From the IMG/VR virus record IMGVR_UViG_3300044808_000010, positions 6,891 through 70,890 of that record: a stretch of DNA of 64,000 nucleotides; one strand, 5' to 3'. The notes beneath the pieces are model-generated. The model saw only the letters and a program-made list of their open reading frames with translations. It did not search any database and was not told where the DNA came from. Below, one piece after another: positions 27,483 to 37,410 of the stretch. Made by a program: the position numbers and the translations under genes. The DNA comes from a virus. Each line of letters opens with the position of its first letter. The first letter of the stretch is position 1.

Positions 27483-28633
27483 TACGCTTCAGGCAATTTC
27501 TCCACTGGCGCAGAGTTCTTCACGCCCAGTTCTGCCAGTTTGGACTCCCAATAAGCGTCGCGCTGATCAAGCAACGCATTAAGCTCTTCCGTGGTGACGC
27601 CCTGCTTGGCTGCCGTCTGGTTCGCCGTGGCGATCTTGTCGGCAATCAGTTCGAAGCCCTTCATGTAGACTTCGTTCTGCTCGGTCAGCCTCGAGGCCGC
27701 CTCGCTCGCTGACTGCATATCAATTGGCACGCGCCCCGTGTTCGCCATCGCTACGATATCCAGCGGCAGCGTCCCGCCCGTGAACCGCTCGTCCGGCAGG
27801 TCGTAATACTGCTTGCCCGGCTTGCCATCCCGAAAGCGCCGAATCTCAGACTCCGTAGCGTTCAGGTGCGTATTGAAGAATCCCCACGCCCTGTCCGCCG
27901 CGGCGCGCATCTGCAACACCATCTCCTTCGCGCCAGCAATCTGCTCAGCCGTTGCCTGGCGCGAGCCAGCCGTCTGCACAGCGTCCATGATGCGCTGGCC
28001 GGCAGGGCCGCCCTGACGCAAATACGGTCTTAACTGGTCGAGGAACGGGCCTCTGACTGTTTGGCCGAGCACCTCGCGCTCCAAATCCCATCCCAACTCT
28101 TCGATCTGCCGCTTGTCCCAGTTGCCGCGCGCGGCGGAGAACGGCATGAAGAGTGAATACATGCGCCGCACGTCCTCACGATCCGCGCCCTTCACCTTCT
28201 CGAACAAACACATTCCCCGTGATTCGTTCTGGCGCATCAGGAGAAAAGCGCAGACTTTCGGAGGATTGATAAACCGCGTCAGCCGCGAACCAGCATTGCC
28301 TCGCAGTGCGTCCGGGGTTGACGTCGGCGCGGCGGGGATCATGTTCTCCATTCCGGCGCCAAAGCTCGGTCCCGACTGAATCATCGCGTCGCCGTGCATG
28401 ATCGTTGCCGGAACCTCATACGGCCCCAATGAACGCGCTTCCGGGATGGTCAGGAGTTGGCGCGCGGGGACAAGATCGCCCGGCCACTCGCCGACAAACC
28501 GCGAGCCACCCATCAGCGCCAGGTTAATGTCCGGCCCCATCATGCAGCCGTAACGAATCAAGTGCCGGTCATCTTCCACTTGCCGCGCGGATGCGTCCTG
28601 CAGCGGCTCTGCATAAGCTAAATTTGCTGACAT
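27482..28633 (-). CDS. hypothetical protein
   Basis: 383-aa ORF coupled to its neighbours. Confidence 0.7.
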   Translation of the reverse strand: MSANLAYAEPLQDASARQVEDDRHLIRYGCMMGPDINLALMGGSRFVGEWPGDLVPARQLLTIPEARSLGPYEVPATIMHGDAMIQSGPSFGAGMENMIPAAPTSTPDALRGNAGSRLTRFINPPKVCAFLLMRQNESRGMCLFEKVKGADREDVRRMYSLFMPFSAARGNWDKRQIEELGWDLEREVLGQTVRGPFLDQLRPYLRQGGPAGQRIMDAVQTAGSRQATAEQIAGAKEMVLQMRAAADRAWGFFNTHLNATESEIRRFRDGKPGKQYYDLPDERFTGGTLPLDIVAMANTGRVPIDMQSASEAASRLTEQNEVYMKGFELIADKIATANQTAAKQGVTTEELNALLDQRDAYWESKLAELGVKNSAPVEKLPEA

Positions 28634-29667
28634 CAGGCTATTCTCTCTTTCTTTTTCAAGTGTGGCGCTGCGTCCACGTTGTTCAAATAAGTGCGCGCTC
28701 CGCCGCCTACTCCGCCGGTCGTCCCAGCGTCAGGTGACGAGAAGCGCCATTCTTCGCCGCGCATTGCATGACGCTTTGCGTCAATCCGCTCTTCCTTGGC
28801 TTTGCGGCGCTTTTCAGAGTCTTCATAGAACTTGTCAATCCCACGCTGCTCCTGACTGACGATGTGGCGCCGGTCGCGCTCAAATCTTCCCGCCCGGGCA
28901 AACATCAAATCGCGTTCATCCGGCTCACGGTAGCACACACTGTCAACCAGTTCCCTGTGCTTTACCATTTCCTCGGTCGCTACAAACCCAATCGGCTGTG
29001 CGCCAGGATACGGTGGCGCCAACGCTCCGCCTTCCGTGTACACCGGGACCGTCATCGGATACTCGGATTCTTCAAAATAAGAGAAAGGCTGAACGACGCG
29101 CCAGATTGCGGTGTAGCGGCCTTCCCGCGGGAACGGCCCCAACACGTCACAATGGCGCACCATGCCGAGTTCCGGATCTTCCCAGTCTTCGTACCGATCG
29201 CGCTCCCACTGCTCCGGCGTCCCAAACGGCATGAATATCTCGCCATTCGGTAAATGAATCTCCGGCGCGTACCACTGCTCCATGTAAAACCACTGCTCGC
29301 CAATCCACTCGATTGACTTCAACTCTTCTTCATAGAGCCAGCCTTCAGGAACAATGTCCGACGCGCGGTCGAGAACCTGAGTGTCCCAAGTCGTCACCCG
29401 CCCTGACTCGTCAGTCAACAGCGGGCGCTTCAACACGTGCCGAGTATGTCGGATCGCGTCAATACGCTCGTCAATGTAGAGAAGTCTTTCTTTACCGCGG
29501 CGGAATTGAGTTCGCGTCTGACCCCAGACAAACCGAAGGTTCGGCTCCCCTCTGTAGTTCAGGCCGCCAATTTGGGTGAGTTCTTCAATGTAACGCGGAT
29601 TGATAGAGGGCTCGCGGGAATTTCGCCAACTCTCAGGGCGATTCGGATGGACCAGCGTGAAACTCAT
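28633..29667 (-). CDS. hypothetical protein (GGLNxxGEPNxRxVWG family)
   Basis: 344-aa ORF downstream of the capsid gene. Confidence 0.7.
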   Translation of the reverse strand: MSFTLVHPNRPESWRNSREPSINPRYIEELTQIGGLNYRGEPNLRFVWGQTRTQFRRGKERLLYIDERIDAIRHTRHVLKRPLLTDESGRVTTWDTQVLDRASDIVPEGWLYEEELKSIEWIGEQWFYMEQWYAPEIHLPNGEIFMPFGTPEQWERDRYEDWEDPELGMVRHCDVLGPFPREGRYTAIWRVVQPFSYFEESEYPMTVPVYTEGGALAPPYPGAQPIGFVATEEMVKHRELVDSVCYREPDERDLMFARAGRFERDRRHIVSQEQRGIDKFYEDSEKRRKAKEERIDAKRHAMRGEEWRFSSPDAGTTGGVGGGARTYLNNVDAAPHLKKKERIA

Positions 29668-29720
29668 GGACGCCTTCTGAGACGTGAGCGCCGCTTCAAT
29701 GAACGGCGCTCACACATGCC

Positions 29721-30029
29721 TCAATTCTTGCCGCCAATAGCGACCACGTAAAACGAGGTGCCGGCAGACAGCGAGGCAAGTACCGTAGTAAATGTTCCGC
29801 CATTGCTGCCATAGCCCGTCGTTGCGGTCGCCGTGGTGTCTACGGTGCCATCCGCCTTCAGAATGACCACCTCCTTGCAATACTGCAAAAGAGTGTCCAC
29901 TGAGCCGGATGTGTCACCGTTTAATTTCGTAACCTGAATGATCTTCGCGCGGCGGTAACGATCAACAAAGAACCCGTCACGGCCGCTGGATCGCGTTAGA
30001 ACTAATGGAATTGGAGCGCTTAACGCCAT
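29721..30029 (-). CDS. small capsid-associated protein
   Basis: RBS AAAGGA; downstream of major capsid gene. Confidence 0.6.
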   Translation of the reverse strand: MALSAPIPLVLTRSSGRDGFFVDRYRRAKIIQVTKLNGDTSGSVDTLLQYCKEVVILKADGTVDTTATATTGYGSNGGTFTTVLASLSAGTSFYVVAIGGKN

Positions 30030-30097
30030 GATGCTTTCCTTTCCCCGCGCTGCCAGGGAACTTTGTTGCTTCCGTCAGCGCGGTGAGTCTCGGAGTC

Positions 30098-30403
30098 TTA
30101 GTCCGTGGTCTTCTTTTTCTTGTCGATGGTCTTCCCATCGTCCAGGTCGTGCTGCTGCACCGTGCCGGACTTGCCAGTGTCGTTCTCGACCTGCTTGGCC
30201 TGCTCCGTCCGCTCTTCCGTCGCCGAACCCTGAATCCCGTGCGGTGGCCGCAAGTGCGGATTCAAGAGTTCATCGCTGGCGTCGCTCGTGTCGGCGCGGT
30301 TCGGGTCCTTCCCCGGATTCTTCCGGTCATCTGCCGTGTTCGTCGCCGTGTCGTTCGGCGATCCTGCCACGCCTCCCGGCGGCGCTGATCCTAATTTTGT
30401 CAT
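30098..30403 (-). CDS. hydrophilic low-complexity protein
   Basis: RBS GGAGGA then ATG 30403. Confidence 0.55.
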   Translation of the reverse strand: MTKLGSAPPGGVAGSPNDTATNTADDRKNPGKDPNRADTSDASDELLNPHLRPPHGIQGSATEERTEQAKQVENDTGKSGTVQQHDLDDGKTIDKKKKTTD

Positions 30404-30423
30404 GGTTGATTCCTCCCTGTTTT

Positions 30424-31104
30424 CTAAGCTACTAACTGCAAAAGTTTCGTCCGTTGCGACTGATGGGGGCAAATCTTGTCCGGCGTTCGCGCGCGGCCTG
30501 AATTGCAATTGTAACAGGCCAGTTGCAGATCGTCAGGAAACCCGGCGTCGGCGATTTCTTTGTATTTCAACGCGCCTGTAAGACCCCTGTTCTGCCTGCG
30601 ACGCTCCCCGCCATCGTTGTTCTTGTGGTCTATCGTCAGGAACTCCCGCGTGGTTTCACCGCAACAATAACAGGCATTACCGTAGTGCTGAAAAACCGCG
30701 TCCCGAAACGGCGCTGCCTTTAACCTCTGCCGCTCGTTCCTGATGCGCTGCGCCTCACGCGAAGCGTCTGTTTTTGGCGTAGCCAAGCGTCGTTCCTCGC
30801 GTTTCGCATCTCGGCATTTCTTGCAATGACTTTGGCGTTTGTCGGTCGCGGTGGCCGTGTAATAGAACTCTCCGACCGGCTTCACTTCCAAGCACTTTCG
30901 ACACCGTTTCACCAGCGCCGGACGTGCGATAACACTGCCTGGCGCACGCGGCTTATAGTCGTAATTCTCTTTATGCCAGTGGGCAAGATAAGCAGAGCGA
31001 CAAGTTGTGCATGTGCGTCTGAAAAACCCCTTCTTGTGCTCTTCGTATTCAGCCGGACACGCCCCACACTCTTTGCATTTTCTGTCAAGGATCTGTGTTG
31101 TCAT
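30424..31104 (-). CDS. Cys-rich HNH-type endonuclease
   Basis: CYCCGE...FLTIDHKNNDG...LQLACYNCN, plus N-terminal CxxC fingers. Confidence 0.8.
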   Translation of the reverse strand: MTTQILDRKCKECGACPAEYEEHKKGFFRRTCTTCRSAYLAHWHKENYDYKPRAPGSVIARPALVKRCRKCLEVKPVGEFYYTATATDKRQSHCKKCRDAKREERRLATPKTDASREAQRIRNERQRLKAAPFRDAVFQHYGNACYCCGETTREFLTIDHKNNDGGERRRQNRGLTGALKYKEIADAGFPDDLQLACYNCNSGRARTPDKICPHQSQRTKLLQLVA

Positions 31105-31133
31105 TTCAACCTCCGCAGTTGAGTCCGAAAGTT

Positions 31134-31193
31134 TTACGGCGGAAGACTGGTCGGAAGCCGGTCTTTTCAGGTGTACAGCCCTATCCGCCGTAA
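31134..31193 (-). ncRNA. C4-like three-way-junction leader RNA
   Basis: Minus strand TTACGGCGGA/TCCGCCGTAA closing stem; AAGACCGG-CTTCCGA-CCAGTCTT arm whose loop is complementary to TCGGA just downstream. Confidence 0.55.
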
Positions 31194-31211
31194 TTGCTAC
31201 AATAACACAGC

Positions 31212-32459
31212 TTACGCGCTATTCCCTAACGCTAAGTTGGTCGTTGTGAGCCCGTCGATACGGGTTCCCAGTCCAACGACATCTTTCACGCCGGTATTGA
31301 AGAAGCCTTCCCAGTAGACCGCACGGCCACTCGCATGAAGCTGGCCGGATGCAGCGTTAATCATGTGAAAGATCGAGTTGCCTTCCTTCACCATCTGAAT
31401 CTTCTGCATGCGATACAGGTGGATCGCCTTGGGGTCGATTTCCCACACCATGTCGCGCTGGACGTGCTTATTGAAGCGGAAGGGCACGCCGGCATAGTCG
31501 GTCTGTCCGTCGAGGAAGCCAGCGTCGAATCCGTTGCCGCTGACCTGCTTCATATCGAAGCCGATAGCGACGTAGGCAGACCACTGGGACGAGACGTACA
31601 GCTTGTTCTTGCCGCCGCGACGCTTTCCAGTCTTCAGCGCGCGCGCTGAGTGCATTTTCTCAAGGAGCCCTTGAGTCAGTACGCCGGAAGCAGTAACGGT
31701 GGTGGGGACGGTGCCGCGGTAGATCGTGCGGTCAGCGAGCCCTTGCCAAGCGCCGGAGGTCGCAACGTGATACATCAGGCCGCGAGGCGCTGCGCCGTAA
31801 GATCCGCGGAGGTAGATGCGATCATTGGTGGTGGCGTCGTTGGCGATGGAATCGACGGTAAACGTCTGGCCGGCGTAATCGACGGTCAGGATGGTGCTCC
31901 AGGCTACGCCGCCGCCTTGATGCAGGGTTCCGCCGGAAGTGCGGAATTCGATCTGCATGCCCACTTCCAACATCTGACAGCCATACAGATTGGATGTGGT
32001 GTTGCAGGTGATGGTGAGGCTGGAGACGCCGGATGCGCGGGCGCGTTCGCCGGTGCCGTCGCCCCAGAGATAGAAGTCAATGGAGTTGCGAAGGTTCTCG
32101 AGCTTGTTGTCGAGTTCGCCAGTAACGAGATCAGTGATGGTGGTGGCGGTTTGGTTTTCCGCCAGGACGTGATTCGAGAACAGGGCAGTTGCGGTGACGC
32201 CTACGAACGGGACCGTCATCTTGACCAGCGGCGACACACCCGGATTCGGGTAGTCTTGCAGTTCGGCCGTACCCCACGCCTCCGAGACGTTATTCAGCGG
32301 GCGAATGACCAGCGAGGTGCCACGGGAATTGAGTTCCTGGTAGTCCTTGCCTTCTTCGATCTCCGAATAAAAGTCATCGACGTTGTAGGTAAGGTTCTCT
32401 ACGCCGCCATCGTAATGCTCACGCACAGCCGCCTCGACGTTAGCGAGTAATACGGACAT
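31212..32459 (-). CDS. major capsid protein
   Basis: 415 aa after scaffold and portal; LRNSIDFYLWGDGTG and PRGL motifs; RBS AAGGAG. Confidence 0.8.
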   Translation of the reverse strand: MSVLLANVEAAVREHYDGGVENLTYNVDDFYSEIEEGKDYQELNSRGTSLVIRPLNNVSEAWGTAELQDYPNPGVSPLVKMTVPFVGVTATALFSNHVLAENQTATTITDLVTGELDNKLENLRNSIDFYLWGDGTGERARASGVSSLTITCNTTSNLYGCQMLEVGMQIEFRTSGGTLHQGGGVAWSTILTVDYAGQTFTVDSIANDATTNDRIYLRGSYGAAPRGLMYHVATSGAWQGLADRTIYRGTVPTTVTASGVLTQGLLEKMHSARALKTGKRRGGKNKLYVSSQWSAYVAIGFDMKQVSGNGFDAGFLDGQTDYAGVPFRFNKHVQRDMVWEIDPKAIHLYRMQKIQMVKEGNSIFHMINAASGQLHASGRAVYWEGFFNTGVKDVVGLGTRIDGLTTTNLALGNSA

Positions 32460-32488
32460 GGCTTTCTCCTTTTAGAACGGAAGAAAAC

Positions 32489-33862
32489 TCAGCGTGTCCC
32501 GGTTTTGCCTTCGACGGTGGCGAGAAATCGCTTGTTGCGCTCTTCCACGCTCAACGGCTCTTGATCCTGGGCCTGTTGAGTTGGAGTTTCGCGCTCGCGA
32601 GCAAGTGCGCCATCGGCTAGAGGTTCGGGTCGCCGAGTCTGTGCATTGTCAGCGGCAGGCTGGTTGTACGTCTTTAGGTAGGCGGTGATGAGAGGCTGCT
32701 TGCGCAGAAGTATCTCAGTGGTTTTGGCTCGCAACTTGGACGCGGCTTTCAAGACCGCCCAGTTGTAGCCATCCCCTTTATCCGTTTGATTCGAAACCAT
32801 GGCGTCAATCGACTGCATCAGCGGATCGCGCGACAAGTCGAGAGAGGCTTCCAGAATCGCTTCCTTGATGACGTTCACCTTCATTTTGGCGACGTCTTCA
32901 GGATCACCTTTGACGGGCAACAAGTTGAACCGCTTAAACACGGATTCACGAGCTTCGTTGAACTTTTGACCTAAATCTTCGACATCTGCCTTGATCTGGT
33001 CTGCTTTCTTCGAAGCCGCTGTTTCTTCCTGGGACTTGCGCAGTTCGGCAATCTCATCGTCGCGTTTCTTATCCGCGGCGGTTTGCGCCTCGCGTCGCGC
33101 TATCTCTTCAGGCGGCAGCTTTTTCGATGCCACTTCCTGAATTTCGTCCAAGTCGAGTTCCCCATCCTTAACCAGTTGCGCCACCATCTTGAGCTTTTCG
33201 CCTGACCAGTCCGGCCCCATCGCGGTCTTGATAACCGATTCGAGCAATTCCGGGTTCTCGTCAATTGCGCCATAAAACACGTTGGTATTCAGCATGCTCC
33301 GAAACTGAGGATTCGTTTTACCGATGTCCTCAAGGAACTGCTTAATCTCCGGCGCGTCCGGGCGCTGCGGCGAACTCAAAGCCACCGTGCGAAGAGTGTC
33401 GAGACGCTTTACTGCCTCTATCCCGCCCAGTTCGTCAATTGCTTCCGCGTATGGCTGAAACTTCTTTGCCACGGCGGCGGCATACGAGCGAACCCCTTTC
33501 GGGCTGTTCGGGAATTTCTTGTCCAGTTCTTCACGGCTGAGAAGTTCAAGGTCTTCGTCGTCAGCCTCAGCATCCTCTTCGGCTTTCGCGTCAGGGGCCT
33601 TGGCTTCAGGCTCGTCCTTCTTCTCGGCGTCCGGCTTTTCATCCGGCTTGGGCTCTGGCGTTTTGGATTCTGGTTCTTTGGTAGGTTCTTCGACTTTAGG
33701 CTCTGGCTCGGTTTTGCCTTCCAATATCTTCAGAAAGCCTTCGTTGCGAGCGCCTACAGGGTCAACTCCCGTGCCTCCAGCCGGCGTATCGTCCGTCTGG
33801 GCTGCGGTAGCAACGGCGGGCTCCGCTACTCCTGGTTGTCCGTCTGTGATTTCTTCTGACAT
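32489..33862 (-). CDS. scaffolding protein
   Basis: Acidic, Pro/Glu/Lys-rich coiled coil between portal and capsid genes. Confidence 0.7.
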   Translation of the reverse strand: MSEEITDGQPGVAEPAVATAAQTDDTPAGGTGVDPVGARNEGFLKILEGKTEPEPKVEEPTKEPESKTPEPKPDEKPDAEKKDEPEAKAPDAKAEEDAEADDEDLELLSREELDKKFPNSPKGVRSYAAAVAKKFQPYAEAIDELGGIEAVKRLDTLRTVALSSPQRPDAPEIKQFLEDIGKTNPQFRSMLNTNVFYGAIDENPELLESVIKTAMGPDWSGEKLKMVAQLVKDGELDLDEIQEVASKKLPPEEIARREAQTAADKKRDDEIAELRKSQEETAASKKADQIKADVEDLGQKFNEARESVFKRFNLLPVKGDPEDVAKMKVNVIKEAILEASLDLSRDPLMQSIDAMVSNQTDKGDGYNWAVLKAASKLRAKTTEILLRKQPLITAYLKTYNQPAADNAQTRRPEPLADGALARERETPTQQAQDQEPLSVEERNKRFLATVEGKTGTR

Positions 33863-34008
33863 AGTTTTCTGTTCTCGTTACGCCGCCACGCACGCGGAGA
33901 ACTTCGGATTGCGCGGCGGGAATTGATACAAGCGAGAATTGAACACAGCGCGTGTCACAATGTCAACTTAAAATTTGGCGGGGTTATCTGGCGGGTCGTT
34001 TTGGCGCG

Positions 34009-34022
34009 TCCCCCATGGGGGA
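34009..34022. repeat. dispersed palindrome copy 8 TCCCCCATGGGGGA
   Basis: Intergenic, after KTSC gene. Confidence 0.95.
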
Positions 34023-34027
34023 GATTT

Positions 34028-34261
34028 TCAGGAGATTTTCTTCGCTGGCGGGATGTCAGGATTGGTTTTGATGTAGTGGTGGTAAAAGGAGCCGACCGAG
34101 CCGCCTTCGCTGTGATTTGCGAGCATTCGGGCCGCCAGTTCGTCCGAAACGTCTGAATGCTCGTAAACATGCCCGCTCTTGAATTCGACGCGCAGAACGC
34201 CGCCTTCATGCGAAAACGCGGCGACATTCGACGACTTTGGGGTTTCAGTTCTAGGGATCAT
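34028..34261 (-). CDS. KTSC-domain protein
   Basis: SSNVAA...LRVEFKSGHVYEHSDV...SVGSFYHHYIK. Confidence 0.8.
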   Translation of the reverse strand: MIPRTETPKSSNVAAFSHEGGVLRVEFKSGHVYEHSDVSDELAARMLANHSEGGSVGSFYHHYIKTNPDIPPAKKIS

Positions 34262-36795
34262 CCCGCAAACTCCGGTATTTTACTATTCATTTCCTGTTCC
34301 GCCTGCGCCGCCAGTTTCATACGCTCCAAACGCTCCTGAAACTGCTGCTCATCCTTCTGCTTCGCCATCTGGAATTCCTGATCCGACATTTGTTTCTGCG
34401 ACTCAGCCGCCAGCGTTTTATCTTTCTCCGCCGCCTTGGCCTGAAGTTCCTTATCTTTGTCAGCCGACTGCTGCGCTTCGATTTGCGCCTTCGCCGCGCC
34501 CATCGTCTGCGCTTTCTCCATATCCGCCTGCTTCACAATATCAGAAATCATCTGAATGCGTTTCGTCAGCACGGACAGCAATAACTGGTCAGGATGCTCC
34601 TTCGAATGCTGAGCTATGATCTCATTGCTGAAAAACTGCGCGGCGTACTGAATGTTTTCACTGTTCGGCAGTAACTCAACGCCTGGCAGCGTCAAAATCT
34701 GCTCAATGACCTGCGGGTTCACTTCTGTTCCCGTCTCCGCCGTAATCACATATCCCTGACCGTTGCGCTCCATGTACTCGCAGGCGTCTTTGATCTTTCG
34801 CAGGATTTGCGTGTTGCGGCGCCGCTCGCGCTCAATGTTGTCCGGGTCGTAGTCAATCCGCGCAAACTGCGCGAACTGGACCCTGAGTTCAACCGGGATG
34901 TCAGGGTTCCACAGAATGCCGGACTGGATCGCCGCCCCGAGGCGCTCTTCCTTCTCCTGATGCGTTACCGGAATATCTGAGCCCGCCACCGTCTGATAAC
35001 TCAAATCTCGCTCAACATCGAGGTTGCGGAACGCCTCAATGTCCTGGTCTTCCCATGACTGATCGCGCTTGAACAAAACTCTGCGAATTTGCTCGTTCGA
35101 CCAGTAGCGCTGAATGAAATTCAGGTGTTGCTTGGCGAATTGAATCAGCGCCGCACCTTTCGACTTCTGCGATGGAATCAGACTCGACAATCCCCTCTGA
35201 GCAAGTAGCTGCTGGCCGCCCAGCGTCCTATTGCTAGGGTCGCCTTGCCCAACTACCGCTCGCGGCGCGCGGCCGATTTCCTCGCCACCCTGCTTAACCA
35301 GCGTCTCCCAGAGAGCAAACAGATCGCTGGAAAGCCTCGAAGGTTGCAAGTCCTCCGTGTACCACTTGATCGGATGGTTTCGCGCCGCGCCTTTCTTCGT
35401 GTATGAAATCCCGCCGGCGCGATTCTTGAAATCCTTCTTGTCCAGAATGAATGGATCGATGATTCGATGCGGGACCGAAGCGTGAGTTCCGTACTCATAG
35501 AATAGCGTAAAGAAAGCATTCGCCGCTTCCTGAATGTCGTTCAACTCCTGCTGACCTTTACCCCAGAAAGACGCGCCATTCATTAGCCAGAGGCCGGAAA
35601 CCAACACTTCGTTGTGGGATTCATTATCTACCCACAGAACCTTCTTCCCGCACATCACCAGATAGAGGCCGACAAACTTCTTCTTTCCAAACGCCTCCGC
35701 AATGGTCTGGCCCTTCTTAATTTCAAACGGGCATTTCTTCGAGACTTTGAAGTCTGCGGGAGCCTTCCAATTCGCTACGGCAGCGGGTGAAATCCACCAG
35801 ATTGACTCCTGCAGCAAGTCATCGTCATTCGCGCCTTGCTTGCCCTTTGTGGCGTCTTTGACCGTGGCGATCGAGCCGGACTCCAAAGCGTGCCACCACT
35901 TCACCGGATCCGTCCACGTCTTCCCGTCGCTCGCCTCCAAGCCCTCAACTACATCGTCGCCGTAGAGTTCTCGGAGTTCGTAGCGCCTTCCGAGGCGGTT
36001 CATGTTGACGAACCTGGCGGGACGCAAATCCCCACCGCGGCAGTTCACTTCGTCAACGCGAAACAGGAATGACGGATAGACGCCAAAGAAGTTATCGACT
36101 TCGGGAGCCTCTTTGTACTCGCCCTGAATCTCGACTTCGGTTTTGTCCCCCATGGGGGAATCGACGTAGGCGGCCATCTTTCCGCAGGCGGGACACTTTT
36201 GCTTCTGGCCGAGGTCGGCACCCTTTTCGGTGGCGAGGTTGACGGCGGGACCGGACGCCCCACACTCAGCGCATGAATACTCCGGCTCGTTTGTCTCGAT
36301 TTCGCTCTTCTGGACGGTCGGCACTTTCATGCTGGAGCGGGCTTTTCGGGCAGTGCAGCCGGACACGCCGAACCAGTTGAAAGAGCACTGGCAATAAAGC
36401 GCCATCTTGTATTCTTCCATATCTGTCCAGAGCGTGTTGTAAACCTTTTCGAAAAGGGATTGGGCGACACGATCCCCGCCCATCTTCGCCGGGTCAGATG
36501 AGTCGGAAGAGATTTCAAGTTGAACGCGGGTGGAGAGCCAGTCGTTGCAGTGCGTCCAGATGACTTGACCGATGATCGGCCACTTCATCAGACCCTCGGA
36601 GGGGACTTCCTGGTAGGAGTTTAGGGACTTATCCCAAAAGCCGTGATAGTCGTTTTGTTCGCGACGGTGAAGCGTCACGCCAAGTGCGGTGCGATACTTT
36701 TCTCCGCCTTCGATGTCCTTCTCCCAACGCTGCGTGCGCACACGAAGCATCTCATCGAATTCCAGCGGCGTCTCTTCGTTGTCTTTAATGGGCAT
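34258..36795 (-). CDS. portal protein
   Basis: 845 aa following TerL; SFWGKG...LNDIQ, RTLGGQQLL; C-terminal coiled coil. Confidence 0.8.
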   Translation of the reverse strand: MPIKDNEETPLEFDEMLRVRTQRWEKDIEGGEKYRTALGVTLHRREQNDYHGFWDKSLNSYQEVPSEGLMKWPIIGQVIWTHCNDWLSTRVQLEISSDSSDPAKMGGDRVAQSLFEKVYNTLWTDMEEYKMALYCQCSFNWFGVSGCTARKARSSMKVPTVQKSEIETNEPEYSCAECGASGPAVNLATEKGADLGQKQKCPACGKMAAYVDSPMGDKTEVEIQGEYKEAPEVDNFFGVYPSFLFRVDEVNCRGGDLRPARFVNMNRLGRRYELRELYGDDVVEGLEASDGKTWTDPVKWWHALESGSIATVKDATKGKQGANDDDLLQESIWWISPAAVANWKAPADFKVSKKCPFEIKKGQTIAEAFGKKKFVGLYLVMCGKKVLWVDNESHNEVLVSGLWLMNGASFWGKGQQELNDIQEAANAFFTLFYEYGTHASVPHRIIDPFILDKKDFKNRAGGISYTKKGAARNHPIKWYTEDLQPSRLSSDLFALWETLVKQGGEEIGRAPRAVVGQGDPSNRTLGGQQLLAQRGLSSLIPSQKSKGAALIQFAKQHLNFIQRYWSNEQIRRVLFKRDQSWEDQDIEAFRNLDVERDLSYQTVAGSDIPVTHQEKEERLGAAIQSGILWNPDIPVELRVQFAQFARIDYDPDNIERERRRNTQILRKIKDACEYMERNGQGYVITAETGTEVNPQVIEQILTLPGVELLPNSENIQYAAQFFSNEIIAQHSKEHPDQLLLSVLTKRIQMISDIVKQADMEKAQTMGAAKAQIEAQQSADKDKELQAKAAEKDKTLAAESQKQMSDQEFQMAKQKDEQQFQERLERMKLAAQAEQEMNSKIPEFAG
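36146..36159. repeat. dispersed palindrome copy 9 TCCCCCATGGGGGA
   Basis: In portal, SPMGD. Confidence 0.95.
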
Positions 36796-36946
36796 TTAGT
36801 CTTCGTACTGCGTAGCGAGAAACGACGTGTCGAACTCCATCTTCAAATTCAATCAGAATGGAATTCATTTTGCCGCGAGCCAGCACCTTGCACGGCTGGC
36901 CGTTACGCTCAGGAAGCCGACAGCGAAGCCGCCAGTAATGCGTCAA
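36785..36946 (-). CDS. 53-aa phage protein (GQxCxVLARGKMNSxLIEFEDG family; not in ORF track)
   Basis: TTG start overlapping upstream stop; recurring small phage motif. Confidence 0.55.
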   Translation of the reverse strand: MTHYWRLRCRLPERNGQPCKVLARGKMNSILIEFEDGVRHVVSRYAVRRLNAH

Positions 36947-37410
36947 CTCGCTCTCCCTTCTAAATGCGCCACGTCTGCGGGATCAAGTGAATTTACGTAG
37001 TCGCCAGTAAGCGGCTCGCTCTTTTCCGCCAAGTCCATGTTTTGCCGCTTCATCGCGATATCGTGAACCAATTTGCGCCTGCGCCCAAGTTCGCCTTCAT
37101 ACGACACGTTCAGCGGATCGCTCACTTCTCGAAGTTCCGCTTCCATCTCTTCCAGCGTTTGCTCGCGCTCTTCCGGCGTATCGCCCAGCATTTGCGCATG
37201 GAGTTTCGCGTCCTGAGTGGTCGGCAGTTCGCGCCACGTCAGCGCGCCATCGGCCAGCGCGGTCGCCATCTCTTTCCAATCAATTGCGTGCTGCTTTTCA
37301 GAATCGCGCTCTGCCGCAAGGTGTCGCAGTTCTTCGCGGCGCACGAACTTGGCGTACATCGCGATACCGCCGACGAGAAGAATGATGATGGCAAGGTAAA
37401 TGGGCGTCAT
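36943..37410 (-). CDS. membrane-anchored hypothetical protein
   Basis: N-terminal hydrophobic helix. Confidence 0.6.
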   Translation of the reverse strand: MTPIYLAIIILLVGGIAMYAKFVRREELRHLAAERDSEKQHAIDWKEMATALADGALTWRELPTTQDAKLHAQMLGDTPEEREQTLEEMEAELREVSDPLNVSYEGELGRRRKLVHDIAMKRQNMDLAEKSEPLTGDYVNSLDPADVAHLEGRAS

